Notes under the pieces: generated by a model
The model's database searches: none
What the model was told of the DNA's origin: nothing
What the model saw: only the letters and a program-made list of their open reading frames with translations
In this document: one piece after another, positions 36,669-51,514 of the stretch
Numbering within the stretch: position 1 is the first letter of the stretch
Layout: every line of letters starts with the position of its first letter
Position numbers and translations under genes: made by a program
Source of the DNA: Chrysomallon squamiferum
Lineage: Eukaryota > Animalia > Mollusca
Length of the DNA: 64,000 bases
Assembly: GCA_012295275.1 (NCBI GenBank)
Contig: CM022675.1
Coordinates: 16,430,001-16,494,000 of the forward strand
Direction of reading: 5' to 3'

Positions 36669-37025
36669 TAATAATAATAATAATAATAACAACAACAACA
36701 ATGATTCTTCACAAAGAAAAATTAAACTCTTAAAAATATAAAAATATACTCTATTGAGGATAGATCCTACCAACTTCCAAGCCCCAGTCGTACACTCAAT
36801 AAGAGAACTAAATCGTAGAAAATAATGTTCTAAGGAAAGTCAATGTCAAACCTCGCTTATGTCGCCACTGTAGGTCACTTTACGAAAAAAAAAGTTAAAA
36901 TTTAGTAACCTAAAATTGGCATCTCAAAGAGAAACATTTATTTATTTAAAACTGTGTAGTATTTTCCTTATTAATCTGAGCTGGAATGTCATAGAGAAGA
37001 TGAGTTAATTTAAATGGCTGTTCAA
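36000..37025 (-). repeat. Two ~290-bp copies (~36000-36290, ~36735-37025) containing a degenerate tRNA-like/SINE head
   Basis: Minus strand reads TAGTTCTCGTGTAGAG (A-box-like)...GGTTCTATCC (B-box-like); no intact cloverleaf seen. Confidence 0.5.
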
Positions 37026-37372
37026 CATACAACATACTTTTTTTTTTCTGTAACAGTTTCATGTATTCTAAGTAGCGACAAATTGATGAATTATTATTTG
37101 CTGTATATAACTTAATTTCAGTTATGTTTCATGTTTTATAGAACTACTGTAATTTCTCAAATCTTCACAACATTTCTGTCAGTTGTCTTCTTCCTCCATT
37201 CAAACAAAAATGAGTTGACACATTCCATCTAGTCTAGACATATCAGTGTCTGTGACTGTTGTGAATACCTGAAAAAAAAAGGAATAATAATTTAGCATAA
37301 TCATTATCATCATTATCATTATTATTATTATTATTTATAATATCATGATCATTATTATTTTATATTATTATT

Positions 37373-37410
<38 letters not shown>

Positions 37411-40400
37411 TATTATTATTAACTGTTACATAAACAGTAAAATAAATACATGATAGACAGACAGTATATAACAAACAATATTCTTAACGTAATCTCAACA
37501 GATGAATCTGTGGTTCCTGTCAACAGCTCTCGTCAGTGTTAGATGATGCTGTCTTTATGGCAAACTGACATACTTACTTTGTAAATGTTACTCATATAAC
37601 TAAAAACCTTGACACTAACCTTATTATAAGTAATGTCCACCCTCACACCTCCCCCTCTGTGTCACAGCAGTTCATTAGGTAGGCTGGTACTTGAGTCTGT
37701 TCTGTTTGCTGAATGGTTTTTATAACAGAATCGACTTTATGTAAACATACGATGTCTTGTTCATAAATGTGTTAAGATATCACTGAAAAATAAAACTGAA
37801 ACAAAAGTAAGTCACAGAGATTTACAATAAATCATAATTTTCTTTGTTAACCATTTCATTTTAAACTGAGTTGTGTGTTTAAACACAAATGAAATCTATC
37901 TATCTCTCTATCTATAATCTCTCTTGCTTCAGTAGAACATTAAAAAATCCCAGGTGAGCTGAAGACTGGGGTATACTGGTAACTGCAGTTTGTCAGTTCA
38001 CATAAACAGCTTGGTACCATAAGTGATAATTTTTTATAATTAATGTCTTTATTTAATTTCTTTATTTTTTTATTTCTATCTGATTGTTGTAAATTATTAT
38101 AATATTCATATTCAGTTTGTTAGCTCAATAAATGAATAAAGAAAATAAATATGTATATAATAGTATTTATAACAGATTTTTATTATCATAATTATCATTA
38201 TTATTATTATTATTATTATTATTTCCTTTTTTATAAATTTTAATTATATACAGAAAAGTCATGAAAGACTGAGTATCCATGCCCCCCCGTCATTACTCAT
38301 TCATGTTTCTTTCCCCGTCTTCTGACTTCTCAGAACTAGTGGGGGGCTGTTTTCCCCCATTCCAGGTTGTTTCATATTACTGTTATAAAACATTAAAATA
38401 CATATTTAATTACACTTTATAACAAGTTTATAAATTATGAAACTTTATATTTCTTAATTTTTACAAACGTTATTGTTCCAGTCTTTTTTGTTTTCCTTTT
38501 ATTATATTTTGATGTTGTAGTAGGAGTAGTAGTATTGAAGAATATTTTATTTTAAGCAATTCACCCTAATCATTACTGTTCTTTTTTTCTTTTTAATTTT
38601 ATTGCAGTTTTTATTCTATACACGGTATATTTTCATGTCACAAACTTTAAATTTTCTAAAGTCAATTTATTATTTACAATTTTTATGGTATGTTTCTGAT
38701 AGAATAAAATATTAGTATCTAAATTAAGATTGATCATCAGTTATTGACTTCATCATCCTATTAATCACTGGCATATTTGAAGGGTTCAGGGGTTTGGTTC
38801 TCCCCCACCCACCCCAAAGGTTCAATGCTTAACGGCTTCTAACACACACTGGTTGTTTCTTTTTCAATTTCAGTTTACACGTACAAGAGCATTTCCCATC
38901 AAGATATTTCATAATTTTCAAATACTCTTAATCTTCAAATCTTTAAATACATTTCAGTTTACATGTACAAGAGCATTTCCCATCAAGATATTTCATAATC
39001 TTCAAATACTCTTAATCTTCAAATCTTTAAATACATTTCAGTTATTCATTTCACTGAGGTATTTTAAAATTCTAAAAGATAATCTTACTTTTTATTAACA
39101 TTTTAATAATAGCGTTTGCTGCATAATATTCTGCTAGCAGTAAGTTATTTTTATATACTTTTCCCATACAGAAGACGTACATACTATGTTGTTTGATAAA
39201 CAAGTATGAAGACTTTATAAACGATCATACAATACAAGTTTCTTTTATCTTTGTAAATCATTACAACAATGACATTCAGTTTGTAAGTTGGAGAAATGAA
39301 AAAACAACAAAATCTTTTAAAAGCAAAACATTATTTTACTTTGATTGGTTATTTACAACAAAATCAAATTTAAACACCATTCAAATATGTACAGACACTT
39401 ACATCTTTTTTCTTCTTTTCTTTATGGTGTTTGTTTTGTTTTGTTGTTGCTATTCTGAATCAAAATCAGATACAAGAATATTTCAAAACAGTGTATGTAC
39501 AAACGAGTTACGACTAATATACTGTATAACTTATAAAGAAAGTCTATAAAAATACAGATCTATACAGAATAGTCAGCTGACTCCAGCTATCGTGGTAATC
39601 TGGGTATAATTAGAGAGAATATAAGTGATCACAGTTTCATAATTAATATTTGTTTATTTTGTCACTAAAATCTCTTCATATCCATTACAGTCAGTGGTGC
39701 TTGTTGTGACAGATCAGTATCAGTGTTTTAGAAGTGAGCTATAGACAGCTATATACAACATATCAAAATTAAATCATTTTCTTTCAGTTATTATTATTAT
39801 TATTAATTTATTTATTTATTTATTTATAAATTCAAGTTATATACAGAAAAGTCATGACAGACTGAGTATCCATGTCCGTATTCATCACACATTCGTGTTT
39901 TTCCAGTTTTCCGACTTCTCAGAACAAGGGGGGGTTGTTTCCCCCATTGCAGGTTGTTTCATATTACTGTTATAAAACATTAAAATACATATTTAATTAC
40001 ACTTTATAACAAGTTTATGAGTTTATGAAACTTTATATTTTTTAATTTTTACAAATGTCATTTTTCCAACCATTTTTTCTTTTATTATTAGCTGTTGTTG
40101 TAGTAATAGTAGTCGTAGTACTGAAGAATTTTTATTTTAAGCAATTTACCCTAAGCTTAATATGTTATTTTTTTTTAATGTTATTGCACTTATTAAATGT
40201 TATGTGCATGCATGTTAATTACATTTATTTTACTGCAAAACTGAGAATAATTATATATAATCTTCACATGAATTTCTCATTTGTTTGTTTTAATTAGTTT
40301 AAAACTAAATTTTAATCCATTAATCGCTGTCATATTTGACGTGGTAGGAGGGTTGTCTCCCACTCTGAAGACTCACTTCATGACAGCTTCAAACACACAT

Positions 40401-43400
40401 TTGTAGTTTATACTTCAATTTCAGAATGCATGTACAAGAGCAAATCCCATTAATATATTTCAAAATCTTCAAATACTTCTAAAGAAAAAGTATAATTTAT
40501 GACTTAATCTTAAAGTTTTCAGATCTGTAAAACATTTGTATCATTAATTTCAGTGATCATCTTACTTTTAATTAACATTTTTTAATAGGCTTACTATTTT
40601 ATTAGCAGCAGTAAGTTGTTTTTACATAACCTTCCCACACAGAAGACAGCACATACCATATCCTTTGATTTACAAGTTTTTTATATTTGTAAATTTTTAT
40701 AATAATAATATAAATTTGTTATTTTACAATTGATTTTTATTATAATTATTTTTGTTTATTTATTTATGTATTTATTTTATTACTATTCACCTAGGTAAAA
40801 CTTAAATGCAAGAATAAAACATTTTATGTACAGATTAGCTTCAGTTACTTTTCTGCTGCTTCCTTAGTTTTCTGTTTTTGTCAGAGATCTGTAAAACAAA
40901 TGAATTAATATTTAAACACACCTCAGTGGTTATTAAGTGACACACATTTGTATACTATATCAAAGTAAACATTTTGGTGGTTTTATTAGTGTAAATATAC
41001 TGTTTTTTATATCAAAGTAATTATTTTGTTTTTTATATTATAATTACATTGAAATAAACATATTGTTTTTGTATATCAGCTACATGAAAGTAAATTTTTT
41101 TTATATATAAACTAATTATATCAGAGATTATATTATTTTTAGATAATAATTATTTCCAATTAATTATAATACTGTTATGTATAATAATATCTTACCAAAT
41201 GTTTTCATAGAGTAATTATATCAGAGTAAACATACAAGTTTTGCATAATACTTATATTTACATATCTGTTATCAGTTAGTGGTTACCTGCTCAGGATGTT
41301 TTCAGTTCACTCATATTTAATAAAGATGTGATTGTTAAAATACACATTTACTTTGTTATAACCTTTACATTTTTGTTTCTGTATTTATTTATTAAACAGT
41401 TTGAGGAAGAGATACACTTAATATGTGAATTGTTATCAACTATTTTATGATAACATTAAGATTGTTATCAGTTACTTTCTATCTGTTTTATCTTAATGCT
41501 AGTATATTACACAATTTCAGCTGGTAACAAGATTTAGAAAAGTACTGGTATTATTTAATCGTCTAAATATGAAAAGAAAAATAAACAACAGCAGTCAATT
41601 TACTGATTACTTTTCACTTTTTGCGTCTTTTTAAATTTTATTTTTATTTATTTTTTATTATTTTTATTTTATTTTTAATTAAAACTTTTATTCATCAAAG
41701 AAGAGCTTAATAACAAGGGAGACCACTCAACCTACACTAAAGCAAATTTAACAAAGCAGTCAGCAGTTTAAACAACTTCATTCATTCGTCTTGAATCCTA
41801 TTTAGTATTATTCAGATCATACACTTTCTTTAGTTTAGCCACTGTACTTCAGTTTCACTTACCTAAAAGTTCAGAGTTAATACAGAGGTCATAATGCAAG
41901 GTATTCCCCACTATGTAAATAATAAAAATAAGATACACAATTAGAAAATTAGTGTTTAATCTCTGCAGCAAATGAAAGAAATTAAGAAAATAATGATTAA
42001 TTAAGAATAATTGTATACTTGTATAAACTAAATAAATAAGAAAATAATTAAATAGTGGAAGGAAACTTTTGCATTTCTGTTTTTATTTATAATAGTGTAA
42101 TGGTTCAACTGATTCATTTCTCATTTCAGTTTTTCTTGCTGTTATTTGAAAACCTGGAAATGATCAATTTTGACAGTCTTAAATACTTCCTTAGTTGATA
42201 TTTCTGGTTATTTTTAACTGTCAATAATTAAGTTATATTTAGAATAATTAAGCTGTAACATTCTCTGACTCTGCCTTGAACTCCTGTCTTGTGGGAGATT
42301 CAATATCAGATTTTGGTTTTTTGAAATTGGCATCTAGGATTCTTTTTCAAATGTGACACATATATATATATATTTATTTATTTATTACCTTTATATATCC
42401 AGTTTCTTTTATTTTGTTGGACCATGTAAATCTGTGTTAAAATTATTTTAGTATTTTTTTTCATTAAGCCTATGTTTCTAAATCTATTTTTTTCACAGAA
42501 TTTGGCTCAACAGATGTAGTTATTTTTTATGTCACTAAAGAATATATTTTTGTGGATATTGAATTCATTGATTAACCAACATGTAAGAAATAAGAACATT
42601 AAGAAGAAATGAATAGTTGTATCTAAATGATGTAATAATTAAGTGACCAAAAACAAAGGCAAAAGTAAAAGAAAAATTGATTAGTTTTAATTTTATAATT
42701 CCTTCACTATAAACAGATGAGAAATGTAGATAAATCTTATTAATGAGTTATTAAATGAGTAGTATTCACCTTTATTGTTTCAAACTAAATTAGATATATA
42801 TTGTATATTGTATATAGATTAAATATTTCTAAATGATATGAGATTTCACAGAAATGAAAATTACTAACTAAATACAAATAAAAATTTCAACATGTAAATA
42901 AATAAATAAGAATAAGGAAGTATGTAAGTACCTAAATAAATAAATAAATAAAAGTCTTAAAATATGTTCTGATTTCTCCATGTAATATACTCTGAACAAA
43001 ATTTTGATAGGCATCATTCCTCATAATAAATTTAAACAAGTGAGAATTGTTTGTATCTCAAATGCAGCGACAAGGCATCACCTGGTGAGTGATGACATCC
43101 CACTTCAGTGTGGCTAATTCGGGAACTCATACTTGAAAATGAGCTACTGGGGGACTGTTCATCTTAGGTACAGAACAAAATACCTGAAGTGTGTGCATGT
43201 GTGTGTAGAGTTGTTTGTAATATTTTCTCTCTTTCTATAATCTTTGTTTTTTCTTCTTTCATTGGAATATATATATATAAATATATATATTATTATTTTT
43301 ATTTATTTTTTTGTGTCCTATTATTTATAACAATTTATATTAGTTTTGGAAATAATAAAATATTGATTTCCAAAACTAATATAAATTATTATAACTAATA

Positions 43401-45559
43401 TGACACAAATTAAAAAAAAATATATATATATATACATATCAAGTGCAACAACAAAAAGTTACACAGAAATTTAGTTTATATAGACTAAATGAATTAACTG
43501 ATGGACCACAGACTATTTACCTTATATACAGTTTTTCTATAAATATCCCATCAAAATATTATATAGTATTTTCATAATAAAGAATTCATTTTCTTAGTTT
43601 TATTTGTGACAAGACATTATTATTATTATTATCATTATCATAATCATCTATGTATTAATTAGCTCAATTACATTCTTAAGATAATTAACACCAAATAACA
43701 CACATTTTCAAATTTAGAACAGCCAGAGGTATATTTGTTTTCCAAAATGATTTTATATACATTCAACGTTGTCATTTGAATATGAGTAAGAAAATAGCGA
43801 CCTTCTTAATAATGCTATGTAATCATTTAAGTTTTTCCTAAGTACTTTAATGAAGTAAATTATAAAAAGAACAATAGCTATTATATATGATTGTATATCA
43901 AACTGGCGACAAAAAAAGATAATTTAATCACATGAGAGAAATACTTACATTTTATGTTAAATTGGCAAACAGTAGAATGTTACCAAGGATTATAGCAAGG
44001 AGTACAAACTTCTTACTCTGTTTCATAATCATTTTATTAGATGTTGGTAACTTTAGATATGATAACGTAAATAATGTTAAATTTATTTTTCATCATTTTC
44101 ATTATCATGGTAATGTAAGGTTGTTGGCTTTTGGTGTTTATTTTGCAAACTGGTTTAATAATTTAGGTTCTGCATTAAATTTAATTTTCAGAAACAACTG
44201 ATTTGTATACATCATTTTTATTCAACGCACTTTAGAATTATTATCAGTTATTCTTCTAATGCTCATGTCCAGTGTAAATAAAATTCGGTTATTTAAATCT
44301 TTCTGAACTTGTAGTATGACGGGTGTGTTTGATTAAAACCACAACCTGGATTGTTGAAACTGAGCTTTTTTAATTCAAACTAAATTAAACAGCAATTTAA
44401 CATTGATTAATTTATCATTGAAAATATTAATGGATCATATTCGGTTCTGTAAACAAAAATAAATTCATCTCTCCTAATAACAACCGCAAGGAAGATGTAA
44501 GAACAACTTATTTTCACAATTAATCAGCACTAAAAACATTTAAAAAAATTATAATTACACATTCGAATGCACGCCCACCGTCAGGAAATATAATCGGAAG
44601 TGAACGAACGCATGCGCAGTTGTTTGGTGCTATTAACTAAACGAAACTTTCTTTTATTTAATTATTTTTTTTTTTTTTTTTTTTTTTTTCTAATGATAAT
44701 ATACATATATATATCTGGATAGACATACATGGAAAGAGATCTATTATATGAGAAACGGAGGTGGCATATGTTTGTAATTTTCATGATTTTCATTATAAAA
44801 AAAAAATGTTCGTTCACCTTTATATTTAAATCTCCATTTCTTTTATTTTCTTTACTCCATGTTTTCATTTATTTTTATCCCCCCCCCCCGGTTCTGTGAA
44901 AATATCAATGCAGAAAAATCAACCCAAAAGTGGAGGGAAGTGTACTTGTACTATTTATTTATTTATCGTGCTATCAATAGTGGCAAAATTATGACGACTA
45001 GATAAATCTCTACATTTTCGGCCACTGAAGAAAAATGCAACTTGTGTGGACGGAACTATATTTCTTTCGATAAATTACTAATTTTATGTGTGTATAGACA
45101 TATAGATAGATAGACAGATCAACGTCACTTTTTTAGTCTTTAATTTGGTTTAGACCTGAAATTACCATTTTGAAAAATAACAAAACACTTTTGTTATTTA
45201 AGGATTACTTTGTTTAGATGTATAGTTTTTGTAGGCAACGCGTGAATCTACTAATCTCGAGCGGGATGAGTTAAGAAATAAAGCAGTTAATTTCATTTAA
45301 TTTTTGTATTATTTAGGATTTCCGAAAAAAAGAAATAAATGGTTACTTTTTAAGATACAAGCTCTATCCTGCTCATGTCGAATGGCGTGTCCAGCTTGGA
45401 AGACCCTCGCTGCATTCGGCTTTTTAACCTTCGCATACATACACACATACATACACACATACACACATACATTAACAGATACATACATATATACACACAT
45501 ACACACATACATTAACACATACATACATATATACACACATACACACATACATTAACACA

Positions 45560-46640
45560 TGCATAAACACATATTAACATTGATATACACATACTAACAT
45601 ATCTCTCTACTCTCTAATCTTTAACACACTAACACATCTTCTCTACTAATCTTTAACAACTAACAAATCTTCTCAACTCTAACTAATCTTTAACACACTA
45701 ACATATCTCTCTACTCTCTAACTAAACTTTAACACACTAACATATCTCTCTACTCTCTAACTAATCTTTAACATACTAACATATCTCTCTACTCTAATCT
45801 TTAACACACTAACATATCTTCTCTACTCTCTAACTAAGCTTTAACACACTAACATATCTCTCTACTCTCTAACTAATCTTTAACACACTAACACATCTTC
45901 TCTACTCTAACTAATCTTTAACACACTAACATATCTCTCTACTCTCTAACTAATCTTTAACATACTAACATATCTCTCTACTCTAACTAATCTTGAACAC
46001 ACTAACGTATCGTCTGTACTCTAACTAATTTTTAACACACTAACATATCTCTCTACTCTCTAACTAAACTTTAACACATTAACACATCTTCTCTACTCTA
46101 ACTAATCTTTAACACACTAACGTATCCTATCTACTCTAACCTTTAACACACTAACACATCTTCTCTACTCTCTAACTAAACTTTAACACACTAATGTATC
46201 GTCTGTACTCTAACTAATCTTTAACATACTAACATATCTCTCTACTCTCTATCTAAACTTTAACACACTAACGTATCCTCTCTACTCTAATCTTTAACAC
46301 ACTAACACATCATCTCTACTCTCTAACTAAACTTTAACACACTAACACATCTTCTCTACTCTCTAACTAAGCTTTAACACACTAACATATCTCTCTACTC
46401 TCTAACTAATCTTTAACACACTAACACATCTTCTCTACTCTAACTAATCTTTAACACACTAACATATCTCTCTACTCTCTAACTAATCTTTAACACACTA
46501 ACACATCTTCTCTACTCTAACTAACCTTTAACACACTAACGTATCGTCTGTACTCTAACTAATTTTTAACACACTAACATATCTCTCTACTCTCTAACTA
46601 AACTTTAACACACTAACATATCCTCTCTAGTCTAAGTAAT
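45560..46640. repeat. ~39-bp minisatellite array, >25 copies
   Basis: Unit CTCTAACTAATCTTTAACACACTAACATATCTCTCTACT with variants; nearly G-free on the plus strand. Confidence 0.95.
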
Positions 46641-46674
46641 TTTGAACACCGTAGCACGTTCTGTTTACAAGTTA

Positions 46675-46802
46675 ACTTCTAACATAGTAACTCACTCTTG
46701 GGCAAACTGAACATACTTCTAACATAGTAACTCACTCTTGGGCAAATTGAACATACTTCTAACATAGTAACTCACTCTTGGGCAAATTGAACATACTTCT
46801 AA
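46675..46802. repeat. 40-bp tandem repeat x3
   Basis: Unit TTCTAACATAGTAACTCACTCTTGGGCAAATTGAACATAC. Confidence 0.93.
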
Positions 46803-48042
46803 ACAGAATTGAAAATTATAATCATGCATGCACCTAAATCCTCTTTTTGTTAATGTGCTTGGATGTATAAACAAACATGATTAATATACTTCCAGATTAT
46901 TTTATTTTATTTTAGAAGCCCAACCTTTTATAATGCAAACTTTACTTAGGCAATCATTCCAGAAAATTAGAGTTACATTTTAAAATTAAATATTTGATCC
47001 GAACGAAAACAAATTCATTTGTGTGTGTGTGTGTGTGTTATTTCTTTAAGAATCTGGTGATAAAATAAATAATCAACAGAATGAAAAAAATATAGATACA
47101 GCCTGTCTAAATGCAACAAATATTATCAGAGGTTTTCCAGAAACAACGATTTCTTTCTGATGGGAACTGTGAATAATGGAACTGGATGAAATGATAAGAA
47201 AATAAAAATAAAAATAAAAATAATAATAATGTATACAGATATGATGAAAGCTTCTCTAAAACAGCATTTACAGCGATGTAACAAACCCTTAATGCAACAG
47301 TCGAAGGTAATAAGTAATGTTATGTGATGGAATTATCAGTAATGTAAATGTATAGGCATCCGCGTGTTTTTCTTAGAAGATTTTCTTTACTGAACTGTTT
47401 CGTGATTCCAGACCAAGTCATTTACGGATCAGTGTGTTCTTTTCTAAGTATTCGTTGATTCGAACCACTGACCTTAAAACACCTAATCTAAAATAAATTA
47501 ATTAACAAAAATAACAGCAACAATAATAATAATTATTAAATAAAAATCGGGGTTATAACTGATCAGTTATTTATAAGTTTATGAAATACTATACATTCGA
47601 ATGACTATAATTAGTTTAAATGGAATACAAAATACTGAACCTGTTATGTTAAAAAGTTGAATATCTGGTGAACCAATACCTGTAAACAAACAAACTAACT
47701 AATTAACAGATAAATTAGTAAACAAATAAACATTTTAAAATTTTAAAAAAACTCCAACATTTTCTCATATATGCTAGAAGCTGTTTTGTGTTCTGTTCAG
47801 ACTAACATAACCACCATAACCGAAATGTTTTCTATATATAATTAAATAATAATTACAGAGCAACACAACAACAACTACTACAGCGGCTACGACAACGACA
47901 TAATAATAAATAAATAAATAAAAAATAAAAAACTAATAATGTAGATGTTGGATATAAATAAATAGATAAACATCTTAATTAAATGATCAACAACAACAAC
48001 AGCACTGCGTGACCACACTTATCAACGAATGGATGATGATAG

Positions 48043-48155
48043 TAAAGACGTTTTAGATAAAAAATAAAAATAAAAAAACAACAAAAAAAAAACGTAAAAT
48101 CAGTTATATATATTTACTATCTTCAGTGGCCGCTTTTTATAGCATTATTCTTCTG

Positions 48156-48189
<34 letters not shown>

Positions 48190-48310
48190 ATAAACGATGA
48201 AAGACGTTTTAGATAAAAACAAAAAAAAAAAAAAAAAAAAAAAATCCCGTAAAATCAGTTATATATATTTACTATCTTCAGTGGCCGCTTTTTATAGCAT
48301 TATTCTTCTG

Positions 48311-48344
<34 letters not shown>

Positions 48345-48357
48345 ATATACGATGAAA
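48043..48357. repeat. ~155-bp tandem duplication
   Basis: AAAGACGTTTTAGATAAAAA...CGTAAAATCAGTTATATATATTTACTATCTTCAGTGGCCGC... occurs twice. Confidence 0.9.
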
Positions 48358-48889
48358 GGTAATTTTAACTTTCTAATATATTATTATTATCATCAGAATG
48401 TTTTTGTGAGGGATTTTTTAAAATAATACTTGCTCAGTAAATCATTAGAAATTATGGTAATGTAACATTAATGTTAATAAATAAAATAAAATTTAAAACA
48501 ATTAGCTTTCATGTACACCTAACTTAGTGTATCAGTTTTTAAAAACAAATTTTTATTTTGGATTTTTAAGTACACTGCTAATAGTTACCTTTCTACACTG
48601 TCAAAATCGTATTGGAAGTAGACCTGACTTAGGCCTCAGGCATTTAATCAGTGGATTGTTCGATTTTCGCTGAGGCGTAACCAACCTTCCCACCTCAAGC
48701 GAACTGTTAACAATCAAGTACTGAACATCATAACAAAATATCGCACATGTATATAATACCTCGAATAATATTTAAGTAAATAAATATCAGTTAAGAACAG
48801 TAATAATAAAATAAATTTTAAAATGAAAACCGAATTCATTACACAACTGACATTTCAGAAGTGCCAACAGAAGCTGATTCGTCTTTCAA

Positions 48890-48965
48890 TGAGAAGTTCC
48901 GGCAGGTAGCATTAGTAATCTAGGACATGCGCAGTAGCAATTTATAGCAATTGCCATTTTGATGA
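48890..48965 (+). promoter_or_regulatory. Candidate housekeeping-type promoter of the AGAP gene
   Basis: TTCCGG (ETS-like, 48897), CATGCGCA (NRF1-like, 48926) and GCCATTTT (YY1-like, 48953) cluster 100-170 bp upstream of the ATG. Confidence 0.45.
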
Positions 48966-49064
48966 AAGCAAGTTGGATAAGCGATATATCTGTTTGTGTT
49001 TTGTACAAATGTTTTCCTGAAGATGACTTTTCTGGGGAGAAAATGACTCTCCTAAATATTAGGA

Positions 49065-49239
49065 ATGAATCCTCGGAGCCCAATGCAATCTTATTGGAGC
49101 AACTCCCTGGCAATTCGCCAGGAAATACAGCGGTTTGAAAGTGTGCATCCGAGTATTTATGCTATTTATGATCTGATTGAGGCGATTCCAGACCCCTTGA
49201 TACAACAGCAAATACGGGAACATGTAGTTTGCATCGAAG
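49065..49239 (+). CDS. AGAP1: AGAP/centaurin-gamma (Arf-GAP with GTPase, ANK repeat and PH domains), coding exon 1
   Basis: [58 protein letters not shown] with the AGAP1/3 N-terminal motif [14 protein letters not shown]; donor G|GTGAGA, phase 1. Confidence 0.93.
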
Positions 49240-49439
49240 GTGAGACATAGTGTGCATAATGTTTTTATATTTCTTGTTTTCAGCAAGAAAATGAATAACA
49301 GAATCTGCAGAACAATAAACATTACACTGATGACCTACTATGTATGTCAGTTTGAGATAAATCATAAAAAGTAAAAAACGGCATTTTTTCTTTTATTTTT
49401 TTTTTCCCTTCTTTTTATTATTTATTTATTTATTCATTC

Positions 49440-49486
<47 letters not shown>

Positions 49487-51514
49487 ATATATATATTTTT
49501 TTTACTCTTTTGATGTTTTTTGTGATTTCACATAATTATGAACATGAACAGAAGAACAGATTAAACGTAAAACGACGATATATATTTATATAGCAATTTC
49601 TATGGAATAAAAACGTAAATACCCCACACCCCACAGTCTGGTCACAAGGTGCTTGCTTTCTTATTAGTAAATTAACTGTGGCAAGTAGGATTTGATGCAT
49701 TCCTGCTAATATAGAACCTTTGAAGAAAATTATAAATATTAACTATTTGAAGTATTTCCAAATTTAACTGATTAAACATAGGACATTCATAAACAGACAT
49801 AGAAATTAAATTAGAAATACTTCCTTTATTGTTTACATACTCTTTAGTACTACTTTTCAGTCCAGTCACAAGTAATTTGACCTTAGACTGGATTTTAATA
49901 CTATGTAATTCCAGTGTATTTTATTCTCAGTTAATGTCTGAAATCTCTTCTTATATATGTTTGATACTTCTGCTAGGCATTATTAAACATTCTTGGTTTT
50001 TATTTAATGTTATGTTATATAATTACTTGACACACACACACTCTCTCTCTCTCTCTCTCTAATTTTATGGATTGAATATAGCAGAGTATATTAATACAGT
50101 ATATATATATATATGTTGTTTAGAATGGATAATTATAACTGTATGGTTGCCATCATTACTATTTTTATAGTTACACATGCAAGGTATATGCTAAGAGTTA
50201 CAGATTTGCAATACTTGCTTTAAAAAATGTTTTTAACATACAAAATAAATATTATTTAATATTTGTCTTAATCTTATGCTACCAGTAATGGTAGATTATT
50301 ATGCAGATACAGTTTCTGTTACTGTTACACTAAATAAATCATGGATATTTTAATTAGTTTATAATGGTAAAAAAAACCCATCACAATCATGCATGTTACT
50401 TCATGTAAAATTCATTATACAAAATATTTAAGATTAAATTTGTAAAAATGTGTCATGTTTTACCACAAAATGGTGTCAGTGGAGAAAATAAAATCTTTGT
50501 TGAATGTTAGATAGATATTCCTATTACATACATTACTCAAACTGGTCCCAGTCCTTTCAGTCTCTTTTGTCCACTCTTTAAAATAAAAAATAATAAAATA
50601 CAAATAAGGAAAGGTAAACCAATTTTAAAATGAAGAAATATATAAATTTAAAATAAGAAAAATTTGTGATTTTTTTAAATTTATTTTATTTTTATTATTA
50701 TCTGTAAAGAAAGCAAACAACAAGTTATAAAAGTTCTGTTTAAATGTACATAACATTACATTCCCAAAACATTCAATATACCTGTAATAACTTGATATAA
50801 TTAATTTTGTAAGCCTATTTACAAATTATGGAACAAGACACTGGTTCTTGTACTCTCTCACTCTCGTGCTCTCTCCTTCATTGTTCCTGTTTAATTTTTC
50901 TCTGTCTTTTTATGCTTAGACTCCCTCTCTCTCTTTCTGCCTCTACCATGTTCTTTCCCTGGATACTGAATGTAGATATAATAGTCTTCTTGTTTAATAC
51001 CACTTACCACTCAGCACAGTTAAGCAGTTATTTTGAAGAGAGCTAGGAAGATCTTTGCATCTGACTTGATTTATTGCACTCTGCATACTTGTAAAGTCTG
51101 CTCATGAAGGAATGTCCAGATCTGACCTTATTCTACTTTCTTCTTGTGCTCTTTTCATTCAACAGATGTGCTAAGACAGCAGTGCATGGTAACAGATTTT
51201 AGAACTCCTCTCAGGGTCACAAAACTCATTAAACATTTTGCATGTGTTTTATAAACATTACTGTTTAAACAGTAATACTTCTATAATGTATTACTTCTAT
51301 AGTTCATGAATTATTGACAGATGAGATAAAGATTGTTTCTCTTTTCAGTATTTGAATAAAGCAATAGTGAGATAATATCTTATCAGACAGAACTATTATA
51401 ATACAGTGCACTAGTAGTGTAGGAAGTAATGTTTTATACAGCTGAGATGGTTTTTCTTTTATAAAGATTGATTAATAAATAAATACTGTAACTTTAAAAA
51501 AATATTTGTTTTAC

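Noticed and set aside
48886-49365. Minus-strand ORFs overlapping AGAP exon 1
   Set aside because: Antisense shadows of the real exon with no recognisable motifs.
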